From: Mycobacteriales bacterium
GTDB lineage: Bacteria > Actinomycetota > Actinomycetes > Mycobacteriales > QHCD01
Assembly: GCA_038253135.1 (NCBI GenBank)
Contig: JBBSHJ010000001.1
Coordinates: 1,901-65,900 of the forward strand
Direction: 5' to 3'
Length of the DNA stretch: 64,000 nucleotides
Shown: positions 18,969-29,037 of the stretch, piece after piece
Layout: every line of letters starts with the position of its first letter
Position numbering within the stretch: position 1 is the stretch's first letter
Notes under the pieces: generated by a model
The model's database searches: none
What the model was told of the DNA's origin: nothing
The model's input: only the letters and a program-made list of their open reading frames with translations
Made by a program: the position numbers and the translations under genes

Positions 18969-20675
18969 CTATCCTGCGGCCTGGGTCAAGATCTTTCCGG
19001 CGGCGCCATTCCAGTCCGCGACATCCGAGATGCCCTTGTCGGTCGTGCACGTGCGGCCGTCATCGACCTTCTGGGGAGTGAAGGTGACCGTCCGGATCTG
19101 GGCCTTGCGGGAATCGGACGGTCGGGCCGGATCGCTCAGCTGGTAGCGGGTGATCTGGGTGAACTGGCAGTCCGGCGCGACCGCCATGACGCTGAACTCC
19201 ATCGGCGACGTGTCGTAGTGGTCGAGTCCGCCCAGCCCCGTCGAGCCCTCGTTCAGGTTGATGTAGTCACTATCCTGCAGGTCGCCCGGGTCGTTCTGCT
19301 CATGCGTGTGCCCGGAAGCCATCAACCGCGCGCGCAGCACCATCTCCAGCTCGTCGGCCGCGACCGGCTCATGTCCCATGCCGATGTCTATGGTCTGGTC
19401 CGGCGCGAAGGTCTTCCCCGCTTCTTGGACGGACGCCACCTCCAGCGGGTTGGTCTTCGTGGTGTCCGACGCTCCCGCGACTCCCTTGGCGCCGAACACG
19501 CGAGGATCCGCGAGCCCGGCAATCCGCAGGCCAAATGCCTGCACCTCCTGACCGGTGACCTGGTAGCTGCCGTCGGCCCGCTCGGTCTTGTCGCCCAGCA
19601 CGATGACCTTCGGGATGCTGCGCATGATGCGCACGGTCTGGGGTGAGTCGTGGTTGCCGGCGATCCAGATCATCGGGACCTTGGCGGTGAGGTGGCGGAT
19701 GCTCTGGAGATACCGCTGCGTCATCTCGAACGTGCTGCCGTACTCCGACTCGTCGCCGGTGTTGATGATCAGTTTCACGCCCTGTTGCCGCGCCACGTTC
19801 CCCACGTAGGCATACATGTCGCGCAGGTGCATATCGGAGATGAAGAGGATCTTGTAGGCCGTCTCCTGATTCGTCTTCTGCTCGGACGCCTTGGTGAGGG
19901 TGTCCTCCAGCCGGAGCAGTGCGCGCACCTTGTCGGCGGAGGTCGTATCCCGGGTGTAGAGCTCGGTCAGCTTGCCTGGAACTGCTTTGAAATCAGCTAG
20001 CAGCCCGCTGACCTGATAGGTGCGGCTCCAGTTGGAGTTGTAGGTCGCCACGCCGACGCTGCCGACGACGAGCGTCAGGACGGCAGCCCCGGCGACCGCG
20101 TGGGAGAGAAAGACCGCCGTGTTGGCCGGCGCGCTCTTCGCCTCCATCGCGTGAAACGAGCGGCGGCGGAGGGTGGGGACCAGGCTTTGAACGGTGCGTC
20201 GGGTGACCTCGCTGGCGATCGCTCCCGCCAGTGAACCGAGCAGGAAGGCCAGCACGAAGTGCCGTTTGATGGCGGGAAGCTCGGCGTCGAAATCGGTGCC
20301 GGCGCGGTCCGCGAACGCCTCACTGTTCCTGCTCAGGCCGCGCAAGTTTCCGAGGTCGATGTCCTGGGGTGTGAGGTGTACGCCGATCGGCAGTCCGTCC
20401 ACGTCCGGGTAGCTGATGCTGCCGAGTGAGGAATTGCCGCTGATGCCGTGACCGGAGAAGGTGCTGATCGACACCTGCAGGGGCACCCCGGCAACCCGCA
20501 GGTCGTAGGGGACGAGGTTGAGCGCGATCGCCGCACCCACGCCCGCCCCCGCGAGCGGCACCAGCACCCGAGCGACAAGGCGAAGCCCGGTCCACAGCCG
20601 GCGCCGCCAACGCCGGGTCGGGGCCGGCAGGTCGAACAGCGCCGGCTGCCACGGCTGCCTCGGATCGGATGTCAT
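18969..20675 (-). CDS. Membrane-anchored metallophosphoesterase (calcineurin-like) with a ~270-aa N-terminal multi-TM region
   Basis: Phosphoesterase motifs ILFISDMHLRD, NTGDESEYG, IAGNHDSP, MGHEP, SGHTHE. N-terminal hydrophobic helices VLVPLAGAGVGAAIALNLV, FVLAFLLGSLAGAIA, AVAGAAVLTLVVGSVGV. Confidence 0.8.
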   Translation of the reverse strand: MTSDPRQPWQPALFDLPAPTRRWRRRLWTGLRLVARVLVPLAGAGVGAAIALNLVPYDLRVAGVPLQVSISTFSGHGISGNSSLGSISYPDVDGLPIGVHLTPQDIDLGNLRGLSRNSEAFADRAGTDFDAELPAIKRHFVLAFLLGSLAGAIASEVTRRTVQSLVPTLRRRSFHAMEAKSAPANTAVFLSHAVAGAAVLTLVVGSVGVATYNSNWSRTYQVSGLLADFKAVPGKLTELYTRDTTSADKVRALLRLEDTLTKASEQKTNQETAYKILFISDMHLRDMYAYVGNVARQQGVKLIINTGDESEYGSTFEMTQRYLQSIRHLTAKVPMIWIAGNHDSPQTVRIMRSIPKVIVLGDKTERADGSYQVTGQEVQAFGLRIAGLADPRVFGAKGVAGASDTTKTNPLEVASVQEAGKTFAPDQTIDIGMGHEPVAADELEMVLRARLMASGHTHEQNDPGDLQDSDYINLNEGSTGLGGLDHYDTSPMEFSVMAVAPDCQFTQITRYQLSDPARPSDSRKAQIRTVTFTPQKVDDGRTCTTDKGISDVADWNGAAGKILTQAAG

Positions 20676-20974
20676 CTGCGGTGCCGAGCCGGCCCTTCCT
20701 CGTCGTGTCGATCAGGCGGCGCCCAGGGTATCGACCCGTGAGGTCCGGAATCAGGCTTTGTCGGGGCGGTCACCGGCGCGAGCAGGGCGCGGTCGAGGCG
20801 ATCGCGAAGCCGGTGGCGCACCCCTGGCACGATCTCGGAAGTCCGCGGCACCGGTAAGGTTCGAAGTGCCCCACCCGTGTGGCGGCGTGCCATGAGCCTC
20901 GCACTTTCGCGACCACCCGGCAGGAGCCTCGCGGTGACCGTGCCTCCCTCCCGCTCCGCACCGGAGGAGCGCCA

Positions 20975-21313
20975 ATGAGTCGCGTGTTCGTCGACGTCAT
21001 GCTCAAGCCGGAGATCCTCGATCCGCAGGGCCAGGCGATCGCGAAGGCCCTGCCCCAGCTGGGGATCTCCGGCGTCCGCGACGTCCGCGCCGGCAAGCAC
21101 TTCGTCCTCGAGGTCGACGACTCGGTCACCGAAGAGACCGTGCGCCGGATCGCCGACACGCTGCTCGCCAACCCCGTCATCGAGGACTTCGCGGTGCGCT
21201 CGTCGACCGACGGGGGACCGAGCACCGACCAGAGACATCCACCCAGCGCCGGCGAGGGAGGCGCCCAGCGACCAAGGAGCCCGCGCAGCGGCGTCGCGGA
21301 CCGGCGGCCGTGA
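20975..21313 (+). CDS. purS: Phosphoribosylformylglycinamidine synthase subunit PurS (with unusual ~36-aa C-terminal tail)
   Basis: ATG 20975 is preceded by GGAGGAG (20963-20969). [30 protein letters not shown]...[12 protein letters not shown] is canonical PurS. The stop overlaps the purQ start (GTGA at 21310-21313). Confidence 0.9.
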   Translation: MSRVFVDVMLKPEILDPQGQAIAKALPQLGISGVRDVRAGKHFVLEVDDSVTEETVRRIADTLLANPVIEDFAVRSSTDGGPSTDQRHPPSAGEGGAQRPRSPRSGVADRRP

Positions 21314-21996
21314 CACCGCCACGCATAGGAGTCGTGACCTTTCCCGGCTCGCTCGACGATCGCGATGCCGCCCGGGCCGTCCGCGCGGCCGGGGGCGAGT
21401 CGGTGCCGCTGTGGCACGCGGACGCCGACCTTCGCGACGTTGCCGCCGTCGTCCTGCCCGGCGGCTTCTCCTACGGCGATTACCTGCGGTGCGGGGCGAT
21501 CGCCCGCTTCGCGCCGCTGATGGGCGAGTTGATCCCCGCGGCGCAGCGAGGACTGCCCATCCTCGGCATCTGCAACGGATTCCAGATCCTCTGCGAGGCC
21601 CACCTGCTGGCGGGCGCCCTGACCCGCAACGCACATCTGCGCTTTCGCTACCGCCCGCAGCGACTGCGGATCGAGAGCACGTCCACGGCGTGGACGGGGG
21701 CGTACGGCGACGGGGCCGAGATCGTCGTACCGATCAAGAACATGGAGGGCCGGTACGCCGCCACGGCCGACACCGTCCGCGAGCTCGAGGCCGACGGACG
21801 CGTCGTCGCCCGCTACCTCGGCGGCAACCCCAACGGCAGCATCGCCGACATCGCCGGCATCGCCAACGCGGCCGGGAACGTCGTCGGGCTGATGCCGCAT
21901 CCCGAGCACGCCATCGACGACGTCTACGGGCCCGGACCCGACGGGCTCGGCTTCTTCACCTCGGCCGTCACGACGCTGGTGGGAGCCGCCGCGTGA
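21310..21996 (+). CDS. purQ: Phosphoribosylformylglycinamidine synthase glutaminase subunit
   Basis: [16 protein letters not shown]...[17 protein letters not shown]...[15 protein letters not shown]...MPHPEH (class-I amidotransferase triad). Confidence 0.95.
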   Translation: MTPPRIGVVTFPGSLDDRDAARAVRAAGGESVPLWHADADLRDVAAVVLPGGFSYGDYLRCGAIARFAPLMGELIPAAQRGLPILGICNGFQILCEAHLLAGALTRNAHLRFRYRPQRLRIESTSTAWTGAYGDGAEIVVPIKNMEGRYAATADTVRELEADGRVVARYLGGNPNGSIADIAGIANAAGNVVGLMPHPEHAIDDVYGPGPDGLGFFTSAVTTLVGAAA

Positions 21997-24314
21997 GCGA
22001 GGCCGCCTCCCGCGCCGCCGCAGCGGACACCGTGGCGCGGGCAGCCGCGACGCCCGACATCGAGTTGCCGTATTCCGAGCTCGGCCTGCGGCCGGAGGAG
22101 TACGACGCGATCCGCGCGATCCTCGGGCGGCGCCCGACCAGCTCCGAGCTGGCGATGTACTCCGTGATGTGGAGCGAGCACTGCTCCTACAAGTCGAGCA
22201 AGATCCACCTCCGGACCTTCGGCGAGGACCCGGCCGGCTCCGCAGGTAAGATGCTGGCCGGCATCGGCGACAACGCCGGCGTCCTCGACCTCGGGAACGG
22301 CATCGCCGTCACGTTCAAGATCGAGTCGCACAACCACCCGAGCTACGTCGAGCCCTACCAGGGCGCCGCAACCGGCGTCGGCGGCATCGTCCGCGACATC
22401 CTGACGATGGGCGCGCGACCGGTCGCCGTGCTCGACCCGTTGCGGTTCGGCCCGGCCACGGCCCCCGACACGAGCCGGGTCCTGCCGGGTGTCGTGGCGG
22501 GCGTCGCCGGCTACGGCAACTGCCTCGGCCTGCCGAACATCGGCGGCGAGCTCGTCTTCGATCCGTGCTACGCGGGAAATCCGCTGGTCAACGTGCTGTG
22601 CGTCGGCGTGCTCCCGGCGGATGGCGTGCAGTACGCCGTCGCGAGCGGCCTGGGCAACAAGGTCGTGCTCATCGGCGCACGGACCGGCGGCGACGGCATC
22701 GGCGGGGCGTCGGTGCTCGCGAGCGCCACCTTCGAGGACGCCGATTCAGGCGAGCGCCGACCGGCGAAGCGGCCGAGCGTGCAGGTCGGCGACCCCTTCA
22801 CCGAGAAGCTGCTGATCGAGTGCTGCCTCGAGCTGTTCGCCGAGGACCTGGTCGCCGGGATCCAGGATCTCGGCGCCGCCGGGATCTCCTGTGCCACCAC
22901 CGAGCTGGCCAGCGCCGGCGACGGCGGCATGCTGGTCGATCTTTCCGCCGTACCGCTGCGGGACGCGACCCTCGCACCCGAGGAGATCCTGATGAGCGAG
23001 TCGCAGGAGCGGATGTGCGCCGTCGTCGAGCCGGCGAAGCTGGACCGCTTCCTGCAGCGGTGCGACAGGTGGGGGGTCGGCGCCGTCGTCATCGGCGAGG
23101 TCACCGACACCGGACGCGTCCAGATCGACTGGCGCGGCGAGCGGATCGTCGACGTACCGCCGCGCACCGTCGCCCACGACGGCCCGGTCTACGACCGGCC
23201 GCGCAGCCGGCCGGCCGACCTCGATGGGCTGCAGGCCGACGACCCGGCGCGGCTGCCGCGGCCCAAGACTGCCGACGAGCTGCGTACGACGCTGCTCGCC
23301 CTCCTCGGTTCGCCCAACCTCGCCTCCAAGCGCTGGGTCACCGAGCAGTACGACGCCCTCGTGCAGGGCAACACGGCGCTGGCCGCGCCGGCTGATGCCG
23401 GGGTGATACGGGTCGACGAGCGGAGCGGTCTCGGCGTCGCCGTCGCGACGGACGGCAACGGCCGCTACTGCCGGCTCGACCCCTACGCGGGCACGCAGGT
23501 CGTGCTCGCCGAGGCGTATCGCAACGTCGCCGCGACCGGTGCCGAACCGGCCGCCGTCACCGACTGTCTCAACTTCGGCAGCCCTGAGGACCCGGAGGTG
23601 ATGTGGCAGTTCGAGCGGACCGTGCAGGGGCTGGCGGACGCCTGTCGGGCTCTGGGCACGCCGGTCACCGGCGGCAACGTGAGCTTCTACAACCAGACCG
23701 GCAACACGGCCATCCACCCGACACCGGTGATCGGGGTCCTCGGCGTGCTGCCAAACGCCGCCCAGCGCACGCCGCTCGGCTTCGTCGCCGGCACGGAGAT
23801 CTATCTCCTCGGCGCCGCAGCCCGGCCCGAATTCGGCGGATCGGAGTGGGCGTGGACGGTGCACGGCCATCTCGGCGGCCGGCCGCCGGCCGTCGACCTC
23901 GACGCGGAACGTGCGCTCGCCGCGGTCCTCATCGGCGCCCGGGCGGCCGGCATCGCCCGCAACGCGCATGACCTCGCCGACGGCGGGCTGGCGCAGGCTC
24001 TCGTCGAGAGCGCGCTGGCGTCCGGTGTGGGCGTGGCGGTGACGGCTCCGGATGCCGAGGACGCTGCGACCGCGCTGTTCGCCGAGACCACCGGGCGCGC
24101 CCTCCTCGGCGTCGACCCGGAGGGGGCCGCCGAGCTCGCGCGGCTGGCGGCTGGCCACGGCGTACCGTGCGACCGGATCGGTACGGCGGGCGGCACCGGA
24201 GTGACGATCGACGTGCGCGGGCAGCGGGTCGAGGCGACGGTGGGGGAGCTACGCGACGTCGCTGAGCGCACCCTGCCGCGCCTCTTCGGCGTCGACGACG
24301 GCGCGACGGCGTAG
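21993..24314 (+). CDS. purL: Phosphoribosylformylglycinamidine synthase subunit PurL
   Basis: GTG 21993 overlaps the purQ stop (GTGA). [41 protein letters not shown]...[21 protein letters not shown]. The upstream part of track ORF 21411.. is the purQ region read off-frame. Confidence 0.95.
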   Translation: MSEAASRAAAADTVARAAATPDIELPYSELGLRPEEYDAIRAILGRRPTSSELAMYSVMWSEHCSYKSSKIHLRTFGEDPAGSAGKMLAGIGDNAGVLDLGNGIAVTFKIESHNHPSYVEPYQGAATGVGGIVRDILTMGARPVAVLDPLRFGPATAPDTSRVLPGVVAGVAGYGNCLGLPNIGGELVFDPCYAGNPLVNVLCVGVLPADGVQYAVASGLGNKVVLIGARTGGDGIGGASVLASATFEDADSGERRPAKRPSVQVGDPFTEKLLIECCLELFAEDLVAGIQDLGAAGISCATTELASAGDGGMLVDLSAVPLRDATLAPEEILMSESQERMCAVVEPAKLDRFLQRCDRWGVGAVVIGEVTDTGRVQIDWRGERIVDVPPRTVAHDGPVYDRPRSRPADLDGLQADDPARLPRPKTADELRTTLLALLGSPNLASKRWVTEQYDALVQGNTALAAPADAGVIRVDERSGLGVAVATDGNGRYCRLDPYAGTQVVLAEAYRNVAATGAEPAAVTDCLNFGSPEDPEVMWQFERTVQGLADACRALGTPVTGGNVSFYNQTGNTAIHPTPVIGVLGVLPNAAQRTPLGFVAGTEIYLLGAAARPEFGGSEWAWTVHGHLGGRPPAVDLDAERALAAVLIGARAAGIARNAHDLADGGLAQALVESALASGVGVAVTAPDAEDAATALFAETTGRALLGVDPEGAAELARLAAGHGVPCDRIGTAGGTGVTIDVRGQRVEATVGELRDVAERTLPRLFGVDDGATA

Positions 24315-25166
24315 GACGGGGCCGGAAATCCGGCCGGACACCGTCGCGAAGACCATGCCGAAGCCGAGCATGACGCCGCCGCCGGCAATGTCGAGCAGGT
24401 AGTGGTTTCCGGTCGCCATCACGTCGAGCGACGTGGCGACGGGATAGAGCCACGCCGCGTAGGCGAGGATCGGGCGCTTCTCGCGGAAGACGAACCACAC
24501 CGACAGCGCGCACCACATCGCCCACGCGCAGTGCAGGCTCGGCATCGCGGCGTACAGGTTGGCCACCGGCTCCGAACCGCGCGGGGCAAGGCCGCCGAGG
24601 ATGTGCCACTCGGCCAGGGTGTCGGTGATGTCGCCGACAGCGAACCGCGGCGGTGCGAGCGGCACCGCCCAGAAGATCAGCAGGCTCGGCAACGTCGTGG
24701 CGAAAAGGGTCCGCCGCAGCCACCGGTAGCGGTCGGCGTGCCGCCAGTAGAGCCACATTAAAACCGTCGGGGTGACGATGAAATGCAATGTCGCGTAGTA
24801 ATAGCCGGCGAACTGGGACAGCCACGAGACGCCGGTGAGGGCGCGGTTGAGCACGTGCTCGGGATCGACGTGGATGACGCGCTCGAACCGCCACAGCTGC
24901 GCGGCGTTGTCCATGGCCTCGTCGGCGTTGCTCTTGACCGCGATACGGGTGGCCTCGTAGGCGAGGTAGCCGATGCTGATGAGCAGCAATTCGATCAGCG
25001 GGCGTGGCCGGTTGTCCGGCTTGCTGACCAGCCACGCGCCGACGCGGCGGGCGACCTCGGCGATTCCTGCGTGCCCGCTCGGGCCGCTGGGTGTTGTAGC
25101 GGGAGCCGGTGGCGCCACCGGCTCGGCTGGGCTGCCTTGGGTCGGCGGGGTATGGAGTGTCGTCAC
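24249..25166 (-). CDS. PAP2-superfamily integral membrane protein (PAP2_3 / inositolphosphotransferase-like)
   Basis: Motifs [10 protein letters not shown] and [11 protein letters not shown], several hydrophobic helices, and a Pro-rich N-terminus. The 3' end overlaps the purL 3' end by 66 nt (convergent). Confidence 0.7.
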   Translation of the reverse strand: MTTLHTPPTQGSPAEPVAPPAPATTPSGPSGHAGIAEVARRVGAWLVSKPDNRPRPLIELLLISIGYLAYEATRIAVKSNADEAMDNAAQLWRFERVIHVDPEHVLNRALTGVSWLSQFAGYYYATLHFIVTPTVLMWLYWRHADRYRWLRRTLFATTLPSLLIFWAVPLAPPRFAVGDITDTLAEWHILGGLAPRGSEPVANLYAAMPSLHCAWAMWCALSVWFVFREKRPILAYAAWLYPVATSLDVMATGNHYLLDIAGGGVMLGFGMVFATVSGRISGPVLRRRAVVDAEEARQGALSDVA

Positions 25167-25557
25167 ACCCGCTCCTCCCGGTCGCCAAGCAGCTTCGCCG
25201 GGGATGCCGCGCCGCTCGCTACGAGCGATGAAACCGGGCCCCGACGGATTGAGGTAAAGCCTACCGATTCCTCACAACCGACTTAGGGGCTGACGTCGGA
25301 TCGCCAACATTTAGTTCCCCAGTCTGGGGACGGGTGGCGAAGATCTCGTGAATTCGGGGCATCCCACGCGAGAATCACCCGACGGTGGATCGGTGCATCA
25401 AGACCAGCATCGGCACTCGGGCTCCGAAACCCGGAATCGGCGCCCCGGAACCGGACCGGACCGGGCTGGGTCGGAGTCGCGGGGCGGGAGCGGGTCGCCT
25501 GGTGGGGAGCGCGGCCGCTTCCGTCCCCCGCTGCGGCAGGCGGGTTAGTCTCACCGC

Positions 25558-26340
25558 GTGCCCGCCCGTGCCGCCGATCCGACGAAGGCCGCTCGCATCC
25601 TTGTGGAGCAAGCCAATCGCGTCTCGACCGCCCTCGCCGCCGTTCCCGACACCGCGTTCGCCTTGCCCACCGACCTGGCTGGTTGGAGCGTTGCCGAGCT
25701 GGTCGGCCACCTCTCACAGGTCCTGCGCAGCGTGGTCACGGCGATGTCCACGCCGTCGACCGGCCGGCCGTTGCCGCTCTCGGACTATCTGGCGGAGCTG
25801 GCACCCGCGGCCGAGCAGATCAGGGACCGCGAGGTCGCGGCGAGCGCCGGGCGCGGGCCCCAGCAGTTGCGGTCGGCGTACGACGACCTCCGCGGCGAGG
25901 TGGCGCGGCGGCTCGGGCCTCCGGTCACCGATGCCACCGTCGCGGCCCCCCGCGGGCCGATGCGGTTGGGACAGTTCCTGACGACCCGGGTGCTGGAGCT
26001 GGTCGTGCACGGCGACGACCTCGGGCGCGCGACCGGCATCGACGTCGTACCGGTCCGGCGGGCGCTCGGCGTGTCCTGCCGGCTGCTCGCCGACGTGCTC
26101 GCCGAGCGGGCTCCCGGCCGGTCGGTGGAGGTGCGGATCCCGCCGTACGCCGCGGTGCAGTGCATCGCCGGACCGCGGCACACGAGAGGTAACCCGCCGA
26201 GCGTCGTGGAGTGCGAGCCGATGACCTGGATCCGGCTCGGGACCGGCCGGACCACGTGGGCCGATGCGGTCGTCGCCGGGCGCGTCGTCGCCAGCGGCGA
26301 GCGCAGCGATCTCACCGACTCCTTCCCGCTGCTGCGCTGA
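25558..26340 (+). CDS. Sterol-carrier-family / mycothiol-dependent maleylpyruvate-isomerase N-terminal-like (DinB-fold) protein
   Basis: GTG 25558. LAGWSVAELVGHLSQVL is typical of the MDMPI_N/DinB fold. The C-terminal CEPMTWIRLGTGRTTWADAVVAGRVVASGERSDL resembles an SCP2-like tail. This family sits next to purF in other actinobacteria, as I recall. Confidence 0.65.
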   Translation: MPARAADPTKAARILVEQANRVSTALAAVPDTAFALPTDLAGWSVAELVGHLSQVLRSVVTAMSTPSTGRPLPLSDYLAELAPAAEQIRDREVAASAGRGPQQLRSAYDDLRGEVARRLGPPVTDATVAAPRGPMRLGQFLTTRVLELVVHGDDLGRATGIDVVPVRRALGVSCRLLADVLAERAPGRSVEVRIPPYAAVQCIAGPRHTRGNPPSVVECEPMTWIRLGTGRTTWADAVVAGRVVASGERSDLTDSFPLLR

Positions 26341-26384
26341 TCGCTGGCGCGCCGCGCCGGTCACGATCGGCAGGGGTAGCGACG

Positions 26385-26390
26385 TACACT
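26385..26390 (+). promoter_or_regulatory. Candidate -10 box TACACT placed for a leaderless purF transcript
   Basis: TACACT ends 6 nt before ATG 26397, and no Shine-Dalgarno lies in between. An upstream 9-mer GGGGTAGCG (26373-26381) is shared with the purM upstream region. Confidence 0.3.
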
Positions 26391-26396
26391 CGCCCT

Positions 26397-27860
26397 ATGC
26401 CGGCTGCCGAGCCAACAGTCCATGCCGACCAGCCCGACGAGCTTCCCGAACCCGAACCCCGCTGCGAATGCGGTGTCTTCGGCGTGTGGGCGCCGGGCGA
26501 GGACGTCGCGAAGCTGACCTACTACGGGCTGTACGCGCTGCAGCACCGGGGCCAGGAGGCGGCCGGTATCGCGGTCTCCGACGGCAGCACGGTCGTGGTC
26601 TACAAGGACCTCGGGCTGGTCGCACAGGTCTTCGACGAGCGCACCCTGGCCAGCCTGCGCGGGCACCTCGCGATCGGGCACACGCGCTACTCGACGACCG
26701 GCTCGACGACCTGGGAGAATGCCCAGCCAACGTTCCGCACGACCCGCGGCGACACCGGCATCGCGTTGGCGCACAACGGAAACCTCGTCAACACCGTCGA
26801 GCTCTTCAAGCAGGCCGCGGCCGCCGATGTCCCGGGTGGGATGTCGGCGACCACCGATTCGGACGTGGTGACCAGCCTGCTCGCGGCCCAGTCTGAGCCC
26901 TCGGTCGAGGACGCCGCGCGCGAGCTGCTGCCGCAGCTGCGGGGCGCGTTCTGCCTGGTCTTCTGCGACGGCGACACGTTGTACGCCGCCCGCGACCCGC
27001 ACGGCGTGCACCCGCTCGTGCTCGGCCGGCTCGACCGCGGCTGGGTCGTGGCGTCGGAGACCGGGGCGCTGGACATCGTCGGCGCCTCGATGGTCCGCGA
27101 GGTCGAGCCCGGTGAGCTGATCGCCATCGACGCCGACGGGCTGCGCTCGCACCGGTTCGCGCCGCCCACCCCGGCCGGCTGCGTCTTCGAGTACGTCTAT
27201 CTCGCCCGGCCGGACACGACGATCGCCGGCCGCGGCGTGCACGCCACGCGGGTCGAGATCGGCCGCCGGCTGGCCCGCGAGCACCCGGTCGAGGCCGACA
27301 TGGTCATCCCCGTCCCGGAGTCCGGGCTGCCCGGCGCGGCCGGGTACGCCGAGGAATCGGGCATCCCCTACGGGCAGGGCGTCGTCAAGAACTCCTACGT
27401 CGGCCGGACCTTCATCCAGCCGTCGCAGACGATCCGGCAGCTGGGCGCCAGGCTGAAGTACAGCCCGCTCAAGGACGTCATCCGCGGCAAGCGGCTGGTG
27501 GTCGTCGACGACTCGATCGTGCGCGGAAACTCCCAGCGCGCGCTGGTGCGGATGCTCCGCGAGGCGGGCGCCGTCGAGGTGCATGTGCGGATCAGCAGCC
27601 CACCCGTGCGCTGGCCGTGCTTCTACGGCATCGATTTCGCCAGCCGGGCCGAGCTGATCGCCAACGGCCTCGAGGTCGACGGCATCCGCGCCTCCATCGG
27701 TGCCGATTCGCTCGCCTACGTCTCCCTGCCGGAGCTCGTCGCGGCGTCCGAGCAGCCGAAGAACCGCCTCTGCACGGCGTGCTTCGACGGCCACTATCCG
27801 ATCGAGCTGCCCGGCGCCGACCTCGTCGGCAAGCACCTGCTCGAGGCCGCCACCTCCTGA
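26397..27860 (+). CDS. purF: Amidophosphoribosyltransferase
   Basis: A propeptide is followed by the catalytic CGVFGVWAPGEDVAKLTYYGLYALQHRGQEAAGIA. PRTase motif LVVVDDSIVRGNS. C-terminal Cys cluster CFYGID...CTACFDGHYP. Confidence 0.95.
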   Translation: MPAAEPTVHADQPDELPEPEPRCECGVFGVWAPGEDVAKLTYYGLYALQHRGQEAAGIAVSDGSTVVVYKDLGLVAQVFDERTLASLRGHLAIGHTRYSTTGSTTWENAQPTFRTTRGDTGIALAHNGNLVNTVELFKQAAAADVPGGMSATTDSDVVTSLLAAQSEPSVEDAARELLPQLRGAFCLVFCDGDTLYAARDPHGVHPLVLGRLDRGWVVASETGALDIVGASMVREVEPGELIAIDADGLRSHRFAPPTPAGCVFEYVYLARPDTTIAGRGVHATRVEIGRRLAREHPVEADMVIPVPESGLPGAAGYAEESGIPYGQGVVKNSYVGRTFIQPSQTIRQLGARLKYSPLKDVIRGKRLVVVDDSIVRGNSQRALVRMLREAGAVEVHVRISSPPVRWPCFYGIDFASRAELIANGLEVDGIRASIGADSLAYVSLPELVAASEQPKNRLCTACFDGHYPIELPGADLVGKHLLEAATS

Positions 27861-28002
27861 TCCGCCGGCTGCCTGCGCCAGTAGATGGGGTCCGGGGCGC
27901 GTGATTGCGCAGAGGTGCGCGCGCCGGCCCGACTCGCGTCGCTACCCTTCAACCGCATCCATCGCTGCACCGAATCGCTTCACTCCTGGAGGTCGACCGC
28001 CC

Positions 28003-29037
28003 GTGCGCGTCGGAATGATCGGATTCGGAGGCATTGCGCACGCGCATGCCCCCGGCTGGACCCAGCAGGACGTCGATCTGCACATCGTCGACATCGACGC
28101 CGAGGCGCGGGCCGAGGCCGCGCGGTCCGTGCCGACGGCGACCGTGCACACGGATCTCGAGTCGCTGCTCGGCGCGGTCGACGTCGTCGACATCGTCACG
28201 CCGTCCTACACGCACGCCGACCTCGCCCGCCAGTGTGCCCGCGCCGGCAAGCAGGTCATCTGCGAGAAGCCGATCGCGCTGACGATAAACGACGCGGCCG
28301 ACGCGCTCCGCGTCGTACGCGACGCCGGCGTGTCCCTGCACGTCGGGCACGTGGTCCGCTTCTTCGGCGAGTACGCCGCCGCGCACGCGCAGGTGGCCGC
28401 GGGCGCCCTGGGTACGCCGGCCGTCTCGCATTTCCGCCGGGCCAGCGCGCAGCCGGTCCGCAACACCTGGATGCGGGACGTGAAACTCTCCGGCGGCGTG
28501 CCGTTCGACCTCGCCATCCACGACCTCGATCAGGCCCGCTGGACCTCCGGCGAGGTGACGCGGGTCTACGCCGTGTCCGGCAAGCCGGGCGTCGGCGGCA
28601 TCGACACCCACATCTACGCCGTGCTCACCCACGAGTCCGGCGCGCTGAGCCACATCACGTCGTCGTGGGGACTGGCGGAGGGCTTCGAGACCTCGTTCGA
28701 GATCGCCGGCACCGAGGGGCTGGTGGCCTTCGACTCGACCGCACACCCGCCGGTGCGGGCGGACCGGCCCGAGCTGCTGAGCGCGGCCGGACTGCTCCCG
28801 GTGATGGTCGGGGACAGCCCGTTCGAGACCGAGCTGGCCGAGTTCGCCCGCGCCATCAAGGGCGGAGCGCCGGCGCGGGTCACGCCGGCCGACGCGCTCG
28901 CGGCGGTCGCCCTTGCCGCCGCCGTACTCGAGTCGCTCGCGACCGGACGCCCCGTCGACGTACCGCCGGTGCCCGACGATCTGCGGGATACCGCACGGCC
29001 CGCCGAGCAGACCGAATCGGCCCGAGGGACATGGTGA
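28003..29037 (+). CDS. Gfo/Idh/MocA-family NAD(P)-dependent oxidoreductase
   Basis: GTG 28003 is preceded by CTGGAGG. Rossmann start VRVGMIGFGGIAHAHAPGW, and ICEKPIAL is the typical EKP motif. Confidence 0.85.
   Translation: MRVGMIGFGGIAHAHAPGWTQQDVDLHIVDIDAEARAEAARSVPTATVHTDLESLLGAVDVVDIVTPSYTHADLARQCARAGKQVICEKPIALTINDAADALRVVRDAGVSLHVGHVVRFFGEYAAAHAQVAAGALGTPAVSHFRRASAQPVRNTWMRDVKLSGGVPFDLAIHDLDQARWTSGEVTRVYAVSGKPGVGGIDTHIYAVLTHESGALSHITSSWGLAEGFETSFEIAGTEGLVAFDSTAHPPVRADRPELLSAAGLLPVMVGDSPFETELAEFARAIKGGAPARVTPADALAAVALAAAVLESLATGRPVDVPPVPDDLRDTARPAEQTESARGTW

Noticed and set aside
25316-25330. Palindrome TCCCCAG-T-CTGGGGA in the 392-bp PAP2/sterol-carrier divergent region as a feature in its own right.
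   Set aside because: It is a single 7-bp-arm palindrome with no second copy and no adjacent promoter boxes that I could identify. It is too weak to call and is mentioned only under the PAP2 finding.
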